Source: Horticoccus luteus (GTDB taxonomy: Bacteria > Verrucomicrobiota > Verrucomicrobiia > Opitutales > Opitutaceae). Taken from it: a stretch of 32,000 bases of DNA. Made by a program: the position numbers and the translations under genes. Shown here piece after piece: positions 1 through 9,000 of this stretch. The DNA lies in contig NZ_CP080507.1 in NCBI RefSeq assembly GCF_019464535.1, forward strand, positions 1 through 32,000, given 5' to 3'. Under the pieces are notes generated by a model. It was given only the letters and a program-made list of their open reading frames with translations. It was not told the origin of the DNA and searched no databases. Every line of letters starts with the position of its first letter. The stretch's first letter is position 1.

Positions 1-57
1 GACCCCTCCGCCAAAACCTCCGCCGCCACCTTCACCCTCACCCGCTGGAAAGGGTAA
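1..57 (+). CDS. 3' end of an unidentified CDS (18 codons, truncated by the window edge)
   Basis: Frame +1 is open from base 1 to TAA at 55-57. 16 of 18 third-codon positions are G/C, as in the confident genes here. A canonical terminator hairpin follows at 96-120. Product cannot be assigned. Confidence 0.35.
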   Translation, partial: DPSAKTSAATFTLTRWKG

Positions 58-95
58 GGGGTGCGGGGTGTGGAGCATGTTTGAGACGTCGCTTT

Positions 96-120
96 ACGGC
101 GGGGACACCGCCGTATTTTC
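96..120 (+). terminator. Rho-independent terminator candidate
   Basis: ACGGCGG (96-102) / loop GGACA / CCGCCGT (108-114), followed by ATTTTC. Lies 39 nt after the TAA at 55-57. Confidence 0.55.
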
Positions 121-263
121 GTCACTCATTTGCGCCGGTGCCCAATCGGGTGCTGTTTCCCCGATGCTGTTTTCAGTGCCTGCCCGCGTTGTCGAAACCG
201 GTTTGAATCGGTATAACCACTGAGGCGTGACGCTCCACTGTTCCGCTCTACGAATACTATCGC

Positions 264-2309
264 ATGGCTACCGGACAAAACTCCGACCCCCTCCGCCTTC
301 TTGTCGTTGAAGACAACGAGGATGATTTTCGCTACGTGCAGTATTTGCTGCGCGTAAATACGATCAACCGCTATCAGGTCGACTGGGCGCCGAGTTACGA
401 GGAAGGCCTGGCGGCGGTGCGCTCGAAAACCTACGACGCCGCGCTCTTCGACTATCAGCTCGGGGGGCGCACGGGCGTCGACCTGTTGCGTGAACTGATC
501 GGCGCGGGATCGGATATGCCGGTGATCCTGCTGACAGGTTCCGATGACCTGCGCGTTGACCAGGAAGCGGCGTCGTCGGGCGCAGCGGATTACGTCTGCA
601 AGCAGAATCTGGACACGGTGCACTTGGAGCGGTCGATCCGCTACGCGTTGCGGCAGGCGGAGATGGTGCGCGCTTTGCGCGAGAGCCAGAGCCAGTTGCA
701 GTTGTTCATGCGCAATGTCCCGTGCGCGATCTGCATCCAGAACGAGGCGGGGGAGTATCTGTTTCGCAACGAACTTTTTCAGCGCCATTTCGATGGCGCC
801 GCGCTCGCCGAGGCCTCGGCGTCGATGCCGGACGGGACGTCGTGGCAGTTCGACGTGGCGGACCATCATTGGCTGATCGACACGTTTCCGATGGTCGATG
901 CGGCGGGGCGGAAGCTGCGCGGGTTGGCGGCGGTCGATATCACGGGCCGCATCCGGGCGGAGGAGCAGCTCCGGCACACGACGTCGTTGCTCAATGGCAT
1001 CCTGACGACGTTGCCGGTGATCGCCAGCCGGGTGGATGAGAAGGGACTCATCACCGAATCGCGGGGCCATGGCCTCGAGGCGATTGGCCTGAAAGATGGC
1101 GATCAGGTCGGGCAGAGTATTTTCGATCTTCACCCGCAGGAAACCGACGAAATCCAAAAGGCGCTGGGCGGCGAATCGGTGAACTTCCGCTGGCAGGCGG
1201 ACGGTCGCAACCGCACGCACTATTTCGACAACTTTTTCCATTTCGATCGCGCTCAAGGTGCGGGCGCCATCGGCTTTTCGGTCAACGTTACCGCGCGCGT
1301 CGAGGCGGAGGCGCACAGCCGGCGTCAGAGCCAGTTGCTCACGAGTGTGACGCGCAATCTGCCGATCATCGTCGGCCGGCTCGACAATTCCGGCTGCGTC
1401 GTGGAGGCGGAGGGCGAGGGACTTGCCGCGCGCAAACTTTCCATCGCTGCGCTCATGGGCCGGAAATTCGCAGAGATTTACCCGCAAACGCGCGAGGCGA
1501 TCTCGCGGGCGCTCGCCGGCGGCTCCGCGCACTTCAACTTGTCCGGCCGCGGTGAGAGCGAGGAGTGGCAGGCTGAATTTTTCGTGTTCGGTGACAAGAG
1601 CGAGCAGGGCGGCGCAACTTTCCTCGGACGCGATGTAACGCAACAGCGCACGCTGGAGAAGCGGTTGCTGAGCATCAGCGACTCGGAGCAGCGCCGACTC
1701 GGCGCGGATCTGCACGACGGACTTGGACAGCACCTGACGGGCGTCGCCTGTCTCGCGACGGCGTTGCGCGATCGCTTGAACGCCGACAAATCCCCGCAGG
1801 CGGGCATGGCGAGCGAGATCGCGAGCCTCGTCAATTCGGGCATTGAGCTGACGCGCGCTCTCGCCCGGGGGCTTTGTCCGGTGCAAGTCGAGCAGAACGG
1901 CCTGCCCGCGGCGCTGGAGGATCTCGCGTATCAGGTGCAGCGGCTCCAGGGCGTGCAGTGCCACTTCGATGCGATCGGGCCGACGCGCTTGATCGAACCT
2001 AACATCGCGTTGCACTTGTATCGCATCACCCAGGAAGCGGTGAATAACGCGGTGCGCCACGGAGCGGCGCAGCAGATCGATATCACGCTGGATACGGAAC
2101 GCCGGCCCCACCAACTCATCATCGAGGACAACGGCTGCGGCTTTGATCCCGGCGCGCTGCGCGAAGGAGGTGGCGTCGGCCTTGGATTGATGAACTATCG
2201 GGCCACCATCATCGGCGGTATGTTCAAGATCAACCCCCAGCCGCGCGGTGGCATCCGCGTGGAATGCACTTTCACCAATAATTCGAGTTCCGATGAAAAC
2301 CCCAACTGA
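264..2309 (+). CDS. Hybrid sensor histidine kinase: N-terminal receiver, about 3 PAS-like repeats, HisKA_3 dimerisation domain, HATPase_c
   Basis: ATG at 264. REC features: LLVVEDNEDD, FDYQLGG acceptor region. H-box SDSEQRRLGADLHDGLGQHLTG (HisKA_3 type). N-box ITQEAVNNAVRHG, G1 DNGCGF, G2 GLGLMNYRATIIGG. No obvious TM segments. Confidence 0.9.
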   Translation: MATGQNSDPLRLLVVEDNEDDFRYVQYLLRVNTINRYQVDWAPSYEEGLAAVRSKTYDAALFDYQLGGRTGVDLLRELIGAGSDMPVILLTGSDDLRVDQEAASSGAADYVCKQNLDTVHLERSIRYALRQAEMVRALRESQSQLQLFMRNVPCAICIQNEAGEYLFRNELFQRHFDGAALAEASASMPDGTSWQFDVADHHWLIDTFPMVDAAGRKLRGLAAVDITGRIRAEEQLRHTTSLLNGILTTLPVIASRVDEKGLITESRGHGLEAIGLKDGDQVGQSIFDLHPQETDEIQKALGGESVNFRWQADGRNRTHYFDNFFHFDRAQGAGAIGFSVNVTARVEAEAHSRRQSQLLTSVTRNLPIIVGRLDNSGCVVEAEGEGLAARKLSIAALMGRKFAEIYPQTREAISRALAGGSAHFNLSGRGESEEWQAEFFVFGDKSEQGGATFLGRDVTQQRTLEKRLLSISDSEQRRLGADLHDGLGQHLTGVACLATALRDRLNADKSPQAGMASEIASLVNSGIELTRALARGLCPVQVEQNGLPAALEDLAYQVQRLQGVQCHFDAIGPTRLIEPNIALHLYRITQEAVNNAVRHGAAQQIDITLDTERRPHQLIIEDNGCGFDPGALREGGGVGLGLMNYRATIIGGMFKINPQPRGGIRVECTFTNNSSSDENPN

Positions 2310-3030
2310 GTCTCCCACCGTTGCCAAGCCATCCAAGGCGCCTGATCGCCGCCGCCTGCTTCTCGTTGATGACCACCCGGTCACGCGGCGCGGTGTCGCG
2401 GCCTTGATCAACGCGGAACGCGATCTCGAGGTCGCGGGCGAAGCCGACAGTGCGCCGCGCGCGCTGGAGATCGTGGGGCACCAACAATTTGATCTCGCGA
2501 TCGTGGACGTCTCACTCGGCGCGATGAGCGGCATCGAGTTGATCAAGAATCTCAAGGTGCTGGCACCGAGCCTGCCGATCCTCGTCATGTCGATGCACGA
2601 CGAGGGGCTCTATGCCGAAAGGGCGCTGCGCGCGGGCGCGCATGGTTACATCATGAAGCAGGAAGCGAGCGACAAGATCCTCATCGCGATCCAACGCGTG
2701 TTGAGTGGCGACCTCTACATTTCGGACAAGATGAAGGAGAAGATGCTGCACCGACTCGTGAACAAAAAGAAGGAGACGGAAGGCGTGTTTTCGATCGATA
2801 CGCTCAGCGACCGCGAGATGGAAGTGTTTCAACTCATCGGGAATGGTTTCAGCACCCGGCAGATCGCGTCGCAACTTCACCTCAGCGTGAAAACGATCGA
2901 TTCCTATCGCGAGCATTTGAAACTCAAGCTCCAGCTCGAGAGCGGTCCGGACTTGGTGCGCTTCGCGATTCAGTGGGTGAAGAGCGAGATCGCCTCCGGC
3001 CCGAGCGCCGCTGCGCCCGTGCCAAATTGA
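2293..3030 (+). CDS. NarL/LuxR-family response regulator (REC + LuxR-type HTH)
   Basis: ATG at 2293, chosen inside ORF 2248-3030, overlaps the kinase stop (2307-2309) by 17 nt. LLLVDDHPVTRRG, DLAIVDVSLG acceptor region. C-terminal LSDREMEVFQLIGNGFSTRQIASQLHLSVKTIDSYREHL. Confidence 0.9.
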   Translation: MKTPTESPTVAKPSKAPDRRRLLLVDDHPVTRRGVAALINAERDLEVAGEADSAPRALEIVGHQQFDLAIVDVSLGAMSGIELIKNLKVLAPSLPILVMSMHDEGLYAERALRAGAHGYIMKQEASDKILIAIQRVLSGDLYISDKMKEKMLHRLVNKKKETEGVFSIDTLSDREMEVFQLIGNGFSTRQIASQLHLSVKTIDSYREHLKLKLQLESGPDLVRFAIQWVKSEIASGPSAAAPVPN

Positions 3031-3228
3031 GCGAGCGCCGTTCGGTGCACGGGAGGCCGGGACGCCGACGGTAAAACCCCGAAGGCGAAGAACGGGGACG
3101 CCTCTATTGGCGCCCCGCGAGCATTCTGCGTTAATGGTCGTCGCGCCCGGCCCGGCGTTGGTTGCTGTTGTTTGAGCGCGTCACGCGGACGCCACTGCTT
3201 CCGGCGAAGGGTGTCACGGGTGCTTCGC

Positions 3229-5475
3229 ATGAACGTCTCCAAAATCTGGCACGGGGAACCTTATCCGCTCGGCGCGACGTGGACGGGCGCGGGCGTAAAT
3301 TTCGCGTTGTTTTCGGAGAACGCGACGCGCGTCGAGCTCTGCTTGTTCGACGCCGACGATCCCTCGCGAGAGACGGCGCGCATCGATCTCAAGGAGCGCG
3401 ACGACCAAGTGTGGCATGCTTTTCTACCGGAGATTCGCGTGGGACAGCTCTACGGCTATCGCGTGCACGGCCCGTATGAGCCGCAGAATGGCCACCGTTT
3501 CAATCCAGCAAAGCTCCTCCTCGACCCTTACGCGAAAGCCATCACGGGAGAGGTGAAATGGGACGACGCGCTCTTCGGCTACACGATCGGCCACGACGAG
3601 GCCGACCTGAGCCGGGACGATCGCGACAGCGCTCCGTTTATGCCCAAGTGCGTGGTGGTCGATCCCGCCTTCACCTGGGACAACGACAAGCAGCCCCGCC
3701 GCCCGTTGCACGAGACCGTGATTTATGAGGCGCATGTGAAGGGGTTTTCCAAACTTTGGGAACAGGTGCCGGAAGCGGTGCGCGGCAGTTACGCTGGCAT
3801 CGGCAGTCCGCAGGCGATCGAGTATTTCCAGAAACTAGGGGTGACGGCGGTGGAATTGCTGCCGGTGCACCAGCACGTGGACAGCAAGCATCTCCTCGAC
3901 CAAGGCCTCACCGATTTTTGGGGCTACAACACGATTGGTTTCTTTGCGCCCGAGAGTTCCTACAGCAGTTCAGGGGATCGTGGCGGGCAGTTGCAGGAAT
4001 TCAAAACCATGGTGAAGAGCCTGCACGCGGCGGGGATCGAGGTAATTCTCGACGTGGTTTACAATCACTCGGCGGAAGGCAATCAGCTCGGGCCAACGCT
4101 CTCCTTGCGGGGCATCGACAACGCGACGTATTACCGGCTCACGCCCGACAATCCGCGTTACTACATGGATTACACGGGCACGGGGAATACGTTGAACGTG
4201 CCGGCGCCCCGCGTGCTCCAGCTCTTGATGGACAGTCTGCGCTATTGGGTGCTCGAGATGCATGTGGATGGGTTTCGTTTCGATCTCGCGTCCGCGCTTG
4301 CGCGTGAGTTGCAGGAGGTGAGCAAGCTCTCGGCGTTCTTCGACGTGATTCACCAAGACCCGGTCATCTCGCGCGTGAAACTCATTGCGGAGCCTTGGGA
4401 CGTGGGTGAGGGCGGCTATCAAGTGGGCAACTTTCCGTCGCTCTGGGCCGAATGGAATGGCCGCTACCGCGATACGGTGCGGGGCTATTGGAAAGGCGAT
4501 GCGGGCGTGATGCGCGATTTCGCCTATCGCCTGTGCGGCAGCTCGGATCTCTACCAAAGCAACGGCAAGAAGCCCACGGCGAGCATCAACTTCATCACGT
4601 CGCACGATGGGTTCACGCTCCGCGATCTCGTTTCCTTCAGCGACAAACACAACGAGGCCAACGGCGAAGAGAACCGCGATGGCGACAACAACAACCACTC
4701 TTGGAATTGGGGCTTTGAAGGCCTCGACGCGCCGCCCGACGTGCTTACCGTGCGCCGGCGCCTGCGTCGCTCGATGCTCGCAACGCTGATCTTTTCCCAA
4801 GGCGTGCCGATGCTCCGCGGCGGCGACGAGAAGGGCGCCACTCAGCATGGCAACAACAACGCCTATTGCCACGATTCGCCGCTGACCTGGCTGGCGTGGG
4901 AGCACGACGAGGAGACCGAGCAGTTTCTCGAGTTTGTGCGGCGGCTGATTCACTTTCGCCGCGAGCACGTGATTTTCCGGCAGCCGAAATTTTTTCAGGG
5001 CCGCGATCTTCGCGGCGCCGGCGTGAAGGACATTACGTGGATCAACGCCACCGGCAAGGAGATGACCGACGAGGCGTGGGGCGCAGAGTTCGCGAAAGTC
5101 ATTGGCGTGCTTTTGGGCGGCGACTCGCTGGCGTTGACCGACTATTATGGTCAGCCGATTCGCGACGACACGTTCCTGCTCTTCTTCAACGCCCACCACG
5201 AAGAGGTCGAGGTGCGCGTGCCGGGACGTCGCGGCGTGAGTTGGAAGCTGATCATCAACACGAACGAAGAAACGGGATTTATCGAAAACGGCCCCGAGCT
5301 CGAACGCGGCACCCGCTTTCGCGTGCCGGATCGGTCGCTGTGCGTATTTCGGAAAACGACCGGCAGCGACGATGCCGCCCGGGAAAATCCGGAGAGCGAG
5401 AGCGGCGAGGCGGAGACGCCCGTGCAGGTCGACAGCCCCCCAGCGACGCCCGACCAGCCCCGTTCGAAAGAATAA
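3229..5475 (+). CDS. glgX: Glycogen debranching enzyme GlgX (GH13 isoamylase type)
   Basis: ATG at 3229 gives MNVSKIWHGEPYPLGATWTGAGVNFALFSENATRVELCLFD, a typical GlgX N-terminus. GH13 regions DVVYNHS, GFRFDLAS, EPWD, FITSHDGFTL. About 40-aa acidic/Pro-rich C-terminal tail. Confidence 0.9.
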   Translation: MNVSKIWHGEPYPLGATWTGAGVNFALFSENATRVELCLFDADDPSRETARIDLKERDDQVWHAFLPEIRVGQLYGYRVHGPYEPQNGHRFNPAKLLLDPYAKAITGEVKWDDALFGYTIGHDEADLSRDDRDSAPFMPKCVVVDPAFTWDNDKQPRRPLHETVIYEAHVKGFSKLWEQVPEAVRGSYAGIGSPQAIEYFQKLGVTAVELLPVHQHVDSKHLLDQGLTDFWGYNTIGFFAPESSYSSSGDRGGQLQEFKTMVKSLHAAGIEVILDVVYNHSAEGNQLGPTLSLRGIDNATYYRLTPDNPRYYMDYTGTGNTLNVPAPRVLQLLMDSLRYWVLEMHVDGFRFDLASALARELQEVSKLSAFFDVIHQDPVISRVKLIAEPWDVGEGGYQVGNFPSLWAEWNGRYRDTVRGYWKGDAGVMRDFAYRLCGSSDLYQSNGKKPTASINFITSHDGFTLRDLVSFSDKHNEANGEENRDGDNNNHSWNWGFEGLDAPPDVLTVRRRLRRSMLATLIFSQGVPMLRGGDEKGATQHGNNNAYCHDSPLTWLAWEHDEETEQFLEFVRRLIHFRREHVIFRQPKFFQGRDLRGAGVKDITWINATGKEMTDEAWGAEFAKVIGVLLGGDSLALTDYYGQPIRDDTFLLFFNAHHEEVEVRVPGRRGVSWKLIINTNEETGFIENGPELERGTRFRVPDRSLCVFRKTTGSDDAARENPESESGEAETPVQVDSPPATPDQPRSKE

Positions 5476-5531
5476 GCTTCGCGGGGGACGGCGAACCGCT
5501 CCGCGCCATGAATCGTTGAGGCGGTCGTGGC

Positions 5532-5574
5532 GCGACGCGGTGACCACAAGTTCTTCGGTGGTCGCGCGCGTCGC
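5532..5574. terminator. Long GC-rich hairpin in the convergent gap between glgX and the SDR gene (possible bidirectional terminator, no U-tract)
   Basis: GCGACGCG (5532-5539) pairs with CGCGTCGC (5567-5574). Inner GACCAC/GTGGTC arms surround the loop AAGTTCTTCG. No flanking T/A run, so function is uncertain. Confidence 0.3.
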
Positions 5575-5585
5575 GCAGGCGCGCG

Positions 5586-6383
5586 TCAGCCGGTCATCAA
5601 CGACTCAGCGCCGTCGATAAAAACTTCGGTGCCGGTGATGTGGCTGGAGGCATCGGAGACGAGAAACCACGCGAGCGAGGCTACTTCGGCGGCCTGCCCG
5701 GCTTCGCCGTGAGTCAGCGGCACGTGCCCCTTCGGATAGATCACGGGCTGTTTGATTTCTTCGAGATCCTGTTGCCGGGTGTTTTGGCTGATGTGCGTGC
5801 GGATCGAACCGGGGCAGATGGTGTTTACACGGATTCGGAACTGCGCGAGTTCGAGCGCGAGCATGCGACCGAGCGCGACTTGCGCCGCTTTCGTCGACGC
5901 GTAGACACTTGCGCCGCTGTTACTGAAAACGCGCGTGCCCTGCACGGACGACGTGATGACGATCGCGCCGCCTGCGCGTTTCAAGAGAGGCACGGCGTGT
6001 TTGAGGGTGAAGAACGTGCCCTTGAGATTTACGTCGGTGGTCTGCTCCCAATCCTTCTCCGAAATCTCCTCAATGGGCGCCCACAGGCCGTTGATGCCGG
6101 CGTTGGCGACGACGATGTCGAGGCGACTCCACATCGTCTTGATTCGCTCGACGGCGCGCTCGATCTGGCTGGGTTGCGAGACGTCGGCGACGAGAGGAAG
6201 TGCGTCACCGCCGGCCGCGCGAATCTCCGCGCCGACGGCATCCGCCTCTTCGGCGTGATGGGTGAGAACGCCGACCCGCGCGCCGGCGAGAGCGAAGTGC
6301 AGGGCGGTGGCCTTGCCGATGCCAGAGCCGGCACCGGTGACGAGAGCGACTTTGCCGGTCAAAGAGTCACGGACGATATTCAT
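5586..6383 (-). CDS. Short-chain dehydrogenase/reductase (classical SDR)
   Basis: ATG at 6383 (MNIVRDSLTGKVALVTGAGSGIGKA = TGxxxGxG). NAG motif (VVANAGI), catalytic YASTKAAQ (YxxxK). The 461-aa ORF in the track is an artefactual upstream extension. Confidence 0.9.
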   Translation of the reverse strand: MNIVRDSLTGKVALVTGAGSGIGKATALHFALAGARVGVLTHHAEEADAVGAEIRAAGGDALPLVADVSQPSQIERAVERIKTMWSRLDIVVANAGINGLWAPIEEISEKDWEQTTDVNLKGTFFTLKHAVPLLKRAGGAIVITSSVQGTRVFSNSGASVYASTKAAQVALGRMLALELAQFRIRVNTICPGSIRTHISQNTRQQDLEEIKQPVIYPKGHVPLTHGEAGQAAEVASLAWFLVSDASSHITGTEVFIDGAESLMTG

Positions 6384-6472
6384 AGCGCGGCGAGTATGCC
6401 CAAGAAATCGAGGGTGGCCATCAGGCGCCGGCTTGGACGCGGACGGGGAAGTCTCGTGGAGGCCGGGCCGGG

Positions 6473-6856
6473 TTACGCCTTGGGGAAGGGCGGACTGCTC
6501 GCCGACACGCGGGCGGCGGCGACTTCGTGACAAACTTTGGCGCAGGCGCGGCACGCATCGATGGCGGCCGCGAGATGGGGTTGATCGGCCGCCGCTTCCT
6601 CGCATTGGCGCACGACTTCCTCGCAGAGGGACGCACAGACTCCGGACACGATGGCGGATTTGGCGACTTGCAACGCAATGAGCCCCGCGGTGGCTTGCGC
6701 GAGGGTGTGGCAACCCAACAGCAGGCGCACGCGCGCGGCGGTGGCGGCGGCAGCGCCGGAGAGTTCGATATTGGCGGCGTGCAGGCAGAGGGCGGCGCAA
6801 TGCGTGCACGCATCGATGACAACCGGCGACGGAGCGGCAGGAGCAGCATTGGCCAT
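6473..6856 (-). CDS. Cys-rich four-helix-bundle protein, DUF326/Csp (copper-storage-protein-like) family, no signal peptide
   Basis: ATG at 6856. 127 aa with 10 Cys in repeated CxxC/CxxxC spacing on Ala-rich helices (IDACTHCAALC, GVCASLCEEVVRQC, IDACRACAKVC), the pattern of DUF326/Csp proteins. Confidence 0.7.
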   Translation of the reverse strand: MANAAPAAPSPVVIDACTHCAALCLHAANIELSGAAAATAARVRLLLGCHTLAQATAGLIALQVAKSAIVSGVCASLCEEVVRQCEEAAADQPHLAAAIDACRACAKVCHEVAAARVSASSPPFPKA

Positions 6857-6924
6857 GCGCCGAGGCTAACCCGTGCTCGGGCCGCCGACTATCGGGCCAT
6901 GCCCGGGCTGCGCCGTAAAGCAAT

Positions 6925-7971
6925 CTACGCCGCCGACACGCGGCACGAATGAGCACTGAAACCGGCGCCAAAACTCACGAGCCACCAGTCGCTCGCGTCG
7001 GGCGGCGGACCCTCGCGCAGCGCGTCCGCGAGAGCGAAGAGCACGGACGGGCTGCTCATGTTGCCAAAGCGGCGCAAGACCTCGCGCGAGGTGCCAAGCG
7101 AAAACTCCGGGAGTGCGGCTTCGATGGCGTCGAGCACATCGCGGCCGCCGGGGTGAGAGAGAATCCGCGTGATCGGTGGGCGCGCCGGATCGGCGCGCTC
7201 GGCGGCGAGCAGTGCGGCGACGGCGGCGGCGGCGAGTTGAGGCACGGCGGCATCGAGGAGATTGCGCAGTTTGCCATCGCGTTGTTCGAAGCGGATGCGA
7301 TCGCGGTCCGCGGGGCGGTGCACGGTGTTGAAGCCATGGCAGCGCACCGGCACCGGCCCCGGCGTGGTGCGCCAGATCGCGGCGGCCGCGCCGTCGCCGA
7401 AGAGGCACGCGCTGACGAGCACGCCCGGATCGTCGTCGAGGTAGAACGCGGCGGAGCAAATTTCCACGGCGACGGTGGCAACGGTCGCGTGCGGGTTCGC
7501 GTGCAGGAACGCGTCGGCGGCCCGCAGGGTGGGAATGGCGGCGCCGCAGCCGAGGCCGACGAGATCCTGGAGAAACGCGTTGGGGCGCAATCCGAGTTGC
7601 TCCGCCACATAGCTGGTGACGCCCGGGCAGAGGTAGCCGGTGCAGGTGCAGATGAAGAGCGCGTCGAGCGCGGCGACATCGACGCCGGCCTGATCGAGCG
7701 CGCGCGTCAACGCGGCCGCGGCGAGTCGGGGGGCTTCCGCGCGAAACCCTTCGTTGAGTTCGTCGGCGGTGCGGGCGAAGACGTTTTCAATCTCGGGCAG
7801 CGCGAAGTGGCGCGTGGCGATGCCGCTGTTGCCGCGCAGAATCGCGCGCAGGGTGAGTTGCGAGCGGCGGCTGAGTTGGCGCGCCTCAGGCGAGCGGTCG
7901 ACGATTTCCCAGCACTGCTGTTGCGTGAGAACGAGCTGCGGCACGGCGGTGGCGAGGGCGTGAAGATTCAT
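6925..7971 (-). CDS. Type III polyketide synthase (chalcone/stilbene synthase superfamily)
   Basis: 348 aa. Catalytic triad candidates Cys142 (LVGLGCGAAIP), His273 (LSHPGGRDVL), Asn304 (RFGNMSSPSV). Their C-to-H (131) and H-to-N (31) spacing is close to chalcone synthase. C-terminal GAGFSA motif. Confidence 0.9.
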   Translation of the reverse strand: MNLHALATAVPQLVLTQQQCWEIVDRSPEARQLSRRSQLTLRAILRGNSGIATRHFALPEIENVFARTADELNEGFRAEAPRLAAAALTRALDQAGVDVAALDALFICTCTGYLCPGVTSYVAEQLGLRPNAFLQDLVGLGCGAAIPTLRAADAFLHANPHATVATVAVEICSAAFYLDDDPGVLVSACLFGDGAAAAIWRTTPGPVPVRCHGFNTVHRPADRDRIRFEQRDGKLRNLLDAAVPQLAAAAVAALLAAERADPARPPITRILSHPGGRDVLDAIEAALPEFSLGTSREVLRRFGNMSSPSVLFALADALREGPPPDASDWWLVSFGAGFSAHSCRVSAA

Positions 7972-7977
7972 GGAAAA

Positions 7978-9000
7978 TCAATGCAGGGCCGCGTAGAGCG
8001 GGCGGGTGGGCAGGACGCCGCAGCGGCTGGCGGTGGCCAGCAAACGTTGCGGGAAAGGAGAAAGCAGAAACGGATGCAGCACGGCGGCGGAGCGCAGGCG
8101 CCGGCGAAACGCGCGCTGTAGTCGCGCATTGGCGACGGTGACGGTTGCCGGCCAGTCGCGTTCGCCGCGCGTCCACGCGAGCAGCGGATCGAGGCTGAGC
8201 TCCGCGCTCTGCAACGCGATCGCCATGCCGTTGCCCGTGAAAGGCGGAATCATCGTCAACGCGTCACCGAGGGCGAGGCGGTCGGGAGCGGGGAGAGTTC
8301 GCGCGAAACTCAAACCGGCCACCGCGCAATGCGACGCGGGATCGATTTCGGCGGCGGCGAGGCGATCGGCGAGGGCGCCGAGGCCGCAGCGGCGGAGATA
8401 TTGCGGCAACACGGCCGTGCGATCGGCGGGCAGGCCGGTTTGCACGCGGAAGAGGCCGCAGACGTTAACCCACCCGTCTTCCACGGGACAAAGGCCGACG
8501 TAAGCCTCGCGCCCCAAGTGAAGCTCCAGATTCGCGGCGAGTGCCAGGCCGCGCGCATGCACTTTGAGGCCGACCCAGGAGGAGCGGGCGCGTTGGCGTC
8601 CACACGCGAAGACGCGGCCGGCGGGACGTTCGCGGAGATCGACGCGCTGGCCCGTCAGCAACTCGCCGCCAAGCTCGGTGAACGCCGCCGCGAGGCGCGC
8701 ATCGAGGGCATGGCGGCTGAGAGCGAGCGCGGCTGCGGGCAACGTTTCGCGGCGGAGCAGGCGCGCGCCTTGAAACCAGGCCACGCCGCGGTGGCGATGC
8801 GCGTCGGCGAGCAGCGGCCGCAGGTGCAGGCGGTCGATCGTCGACGGCGCGAGGCCGGTGATGAATTCGCCGCACACGCGATGCCGCGGGTAATCGCCCG
8901 CCTCCAAAATACGCACGTCCACGCCGGCGTGGCGCAGCGCGAGCCCGAGCGAGAGTCCGGCGAGTCCGCCGCCGACGATTCCGATGGGGCGCGCGTTCAT
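7978..9000 (-). CDS. FAD-dependent oxidoreductase (geranylgeranyl-reductase/monooxygenase-like flavoprotein)
   Basis: ATG at 9000 gives MNARPIGIVGGGLAGLSLGLAL (GxGxxG dinucleotide fold), followed by RHRVCGEFI. The start overlaps the upstream methyltransferase stop in ATGA. The 526-aa ORF in the track is an out-of-frame extension over the neighbouring gene. Confidence 0.8.
   Translation of the reverse strand: MNARPIGIVGGGLAGLSLGLALRHAGVDVRILEAGDYPRHRVCGEFITGLAPSTIDRLHLRPLLADAHRHRGVAWFQGARLLRRETLPAAALALSRHALDARLAAAFTELGGELLTGQRVDLRERPAGRVFACGRQRARSSWVGLKVHARGLALAANLELHLGREAYVGLCPVEDGWVNVCGLFRVQTGLPADRTAVLPQYLRRCGLGALADRLAAAEIDPASHCAVAGLSFARTLPAPDRLALGDALTMIPPFTGNGMAIALQSAELSLDPLLAWTRGERDWPATVTVANARLQRAFRRRLRSAAVLHPFLLSPFPQRLLATASRCGVLPTRPLYAALH

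Noticed and set aside
126-2588. 820-aa minus-strand ORF covering the first kinase gene
   Set aside because: It is antisense to a gene with unambiguous REC/PAS/H-box/N/G-box motifs. Its translation is an Arg/Ala/Leu/Asp-rich low-information sequence typical of shadow ORFs in high-GC DNA.
3094-3116. GGGGACGCC-TCTATT-GGCGCCCC hairpin after the first response-regulator gene
   Set aside because: The stem has a bulge and no following U-tract. It could be a weak terminator or part of the glgX leader, but the evidence is too thin to list as a feature.
3970-5547. 525-aa minus-strand ORF inside glgX
   Set aside because: It is antisense to a clear GH13 GlgX, has no motifs, and has a shadow-frame composition.
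6384-6971. Upstream extension of the SDR ORF (track ORF 5586-6971, 461 aa)
   Set aside because: The extension is Arg/Pro/Ser-rich, overlaps the Csp-like gene out of frame, and precedes the canonical SDR N-terminus (TGxxxGxG immediately after the ATG at 6383).
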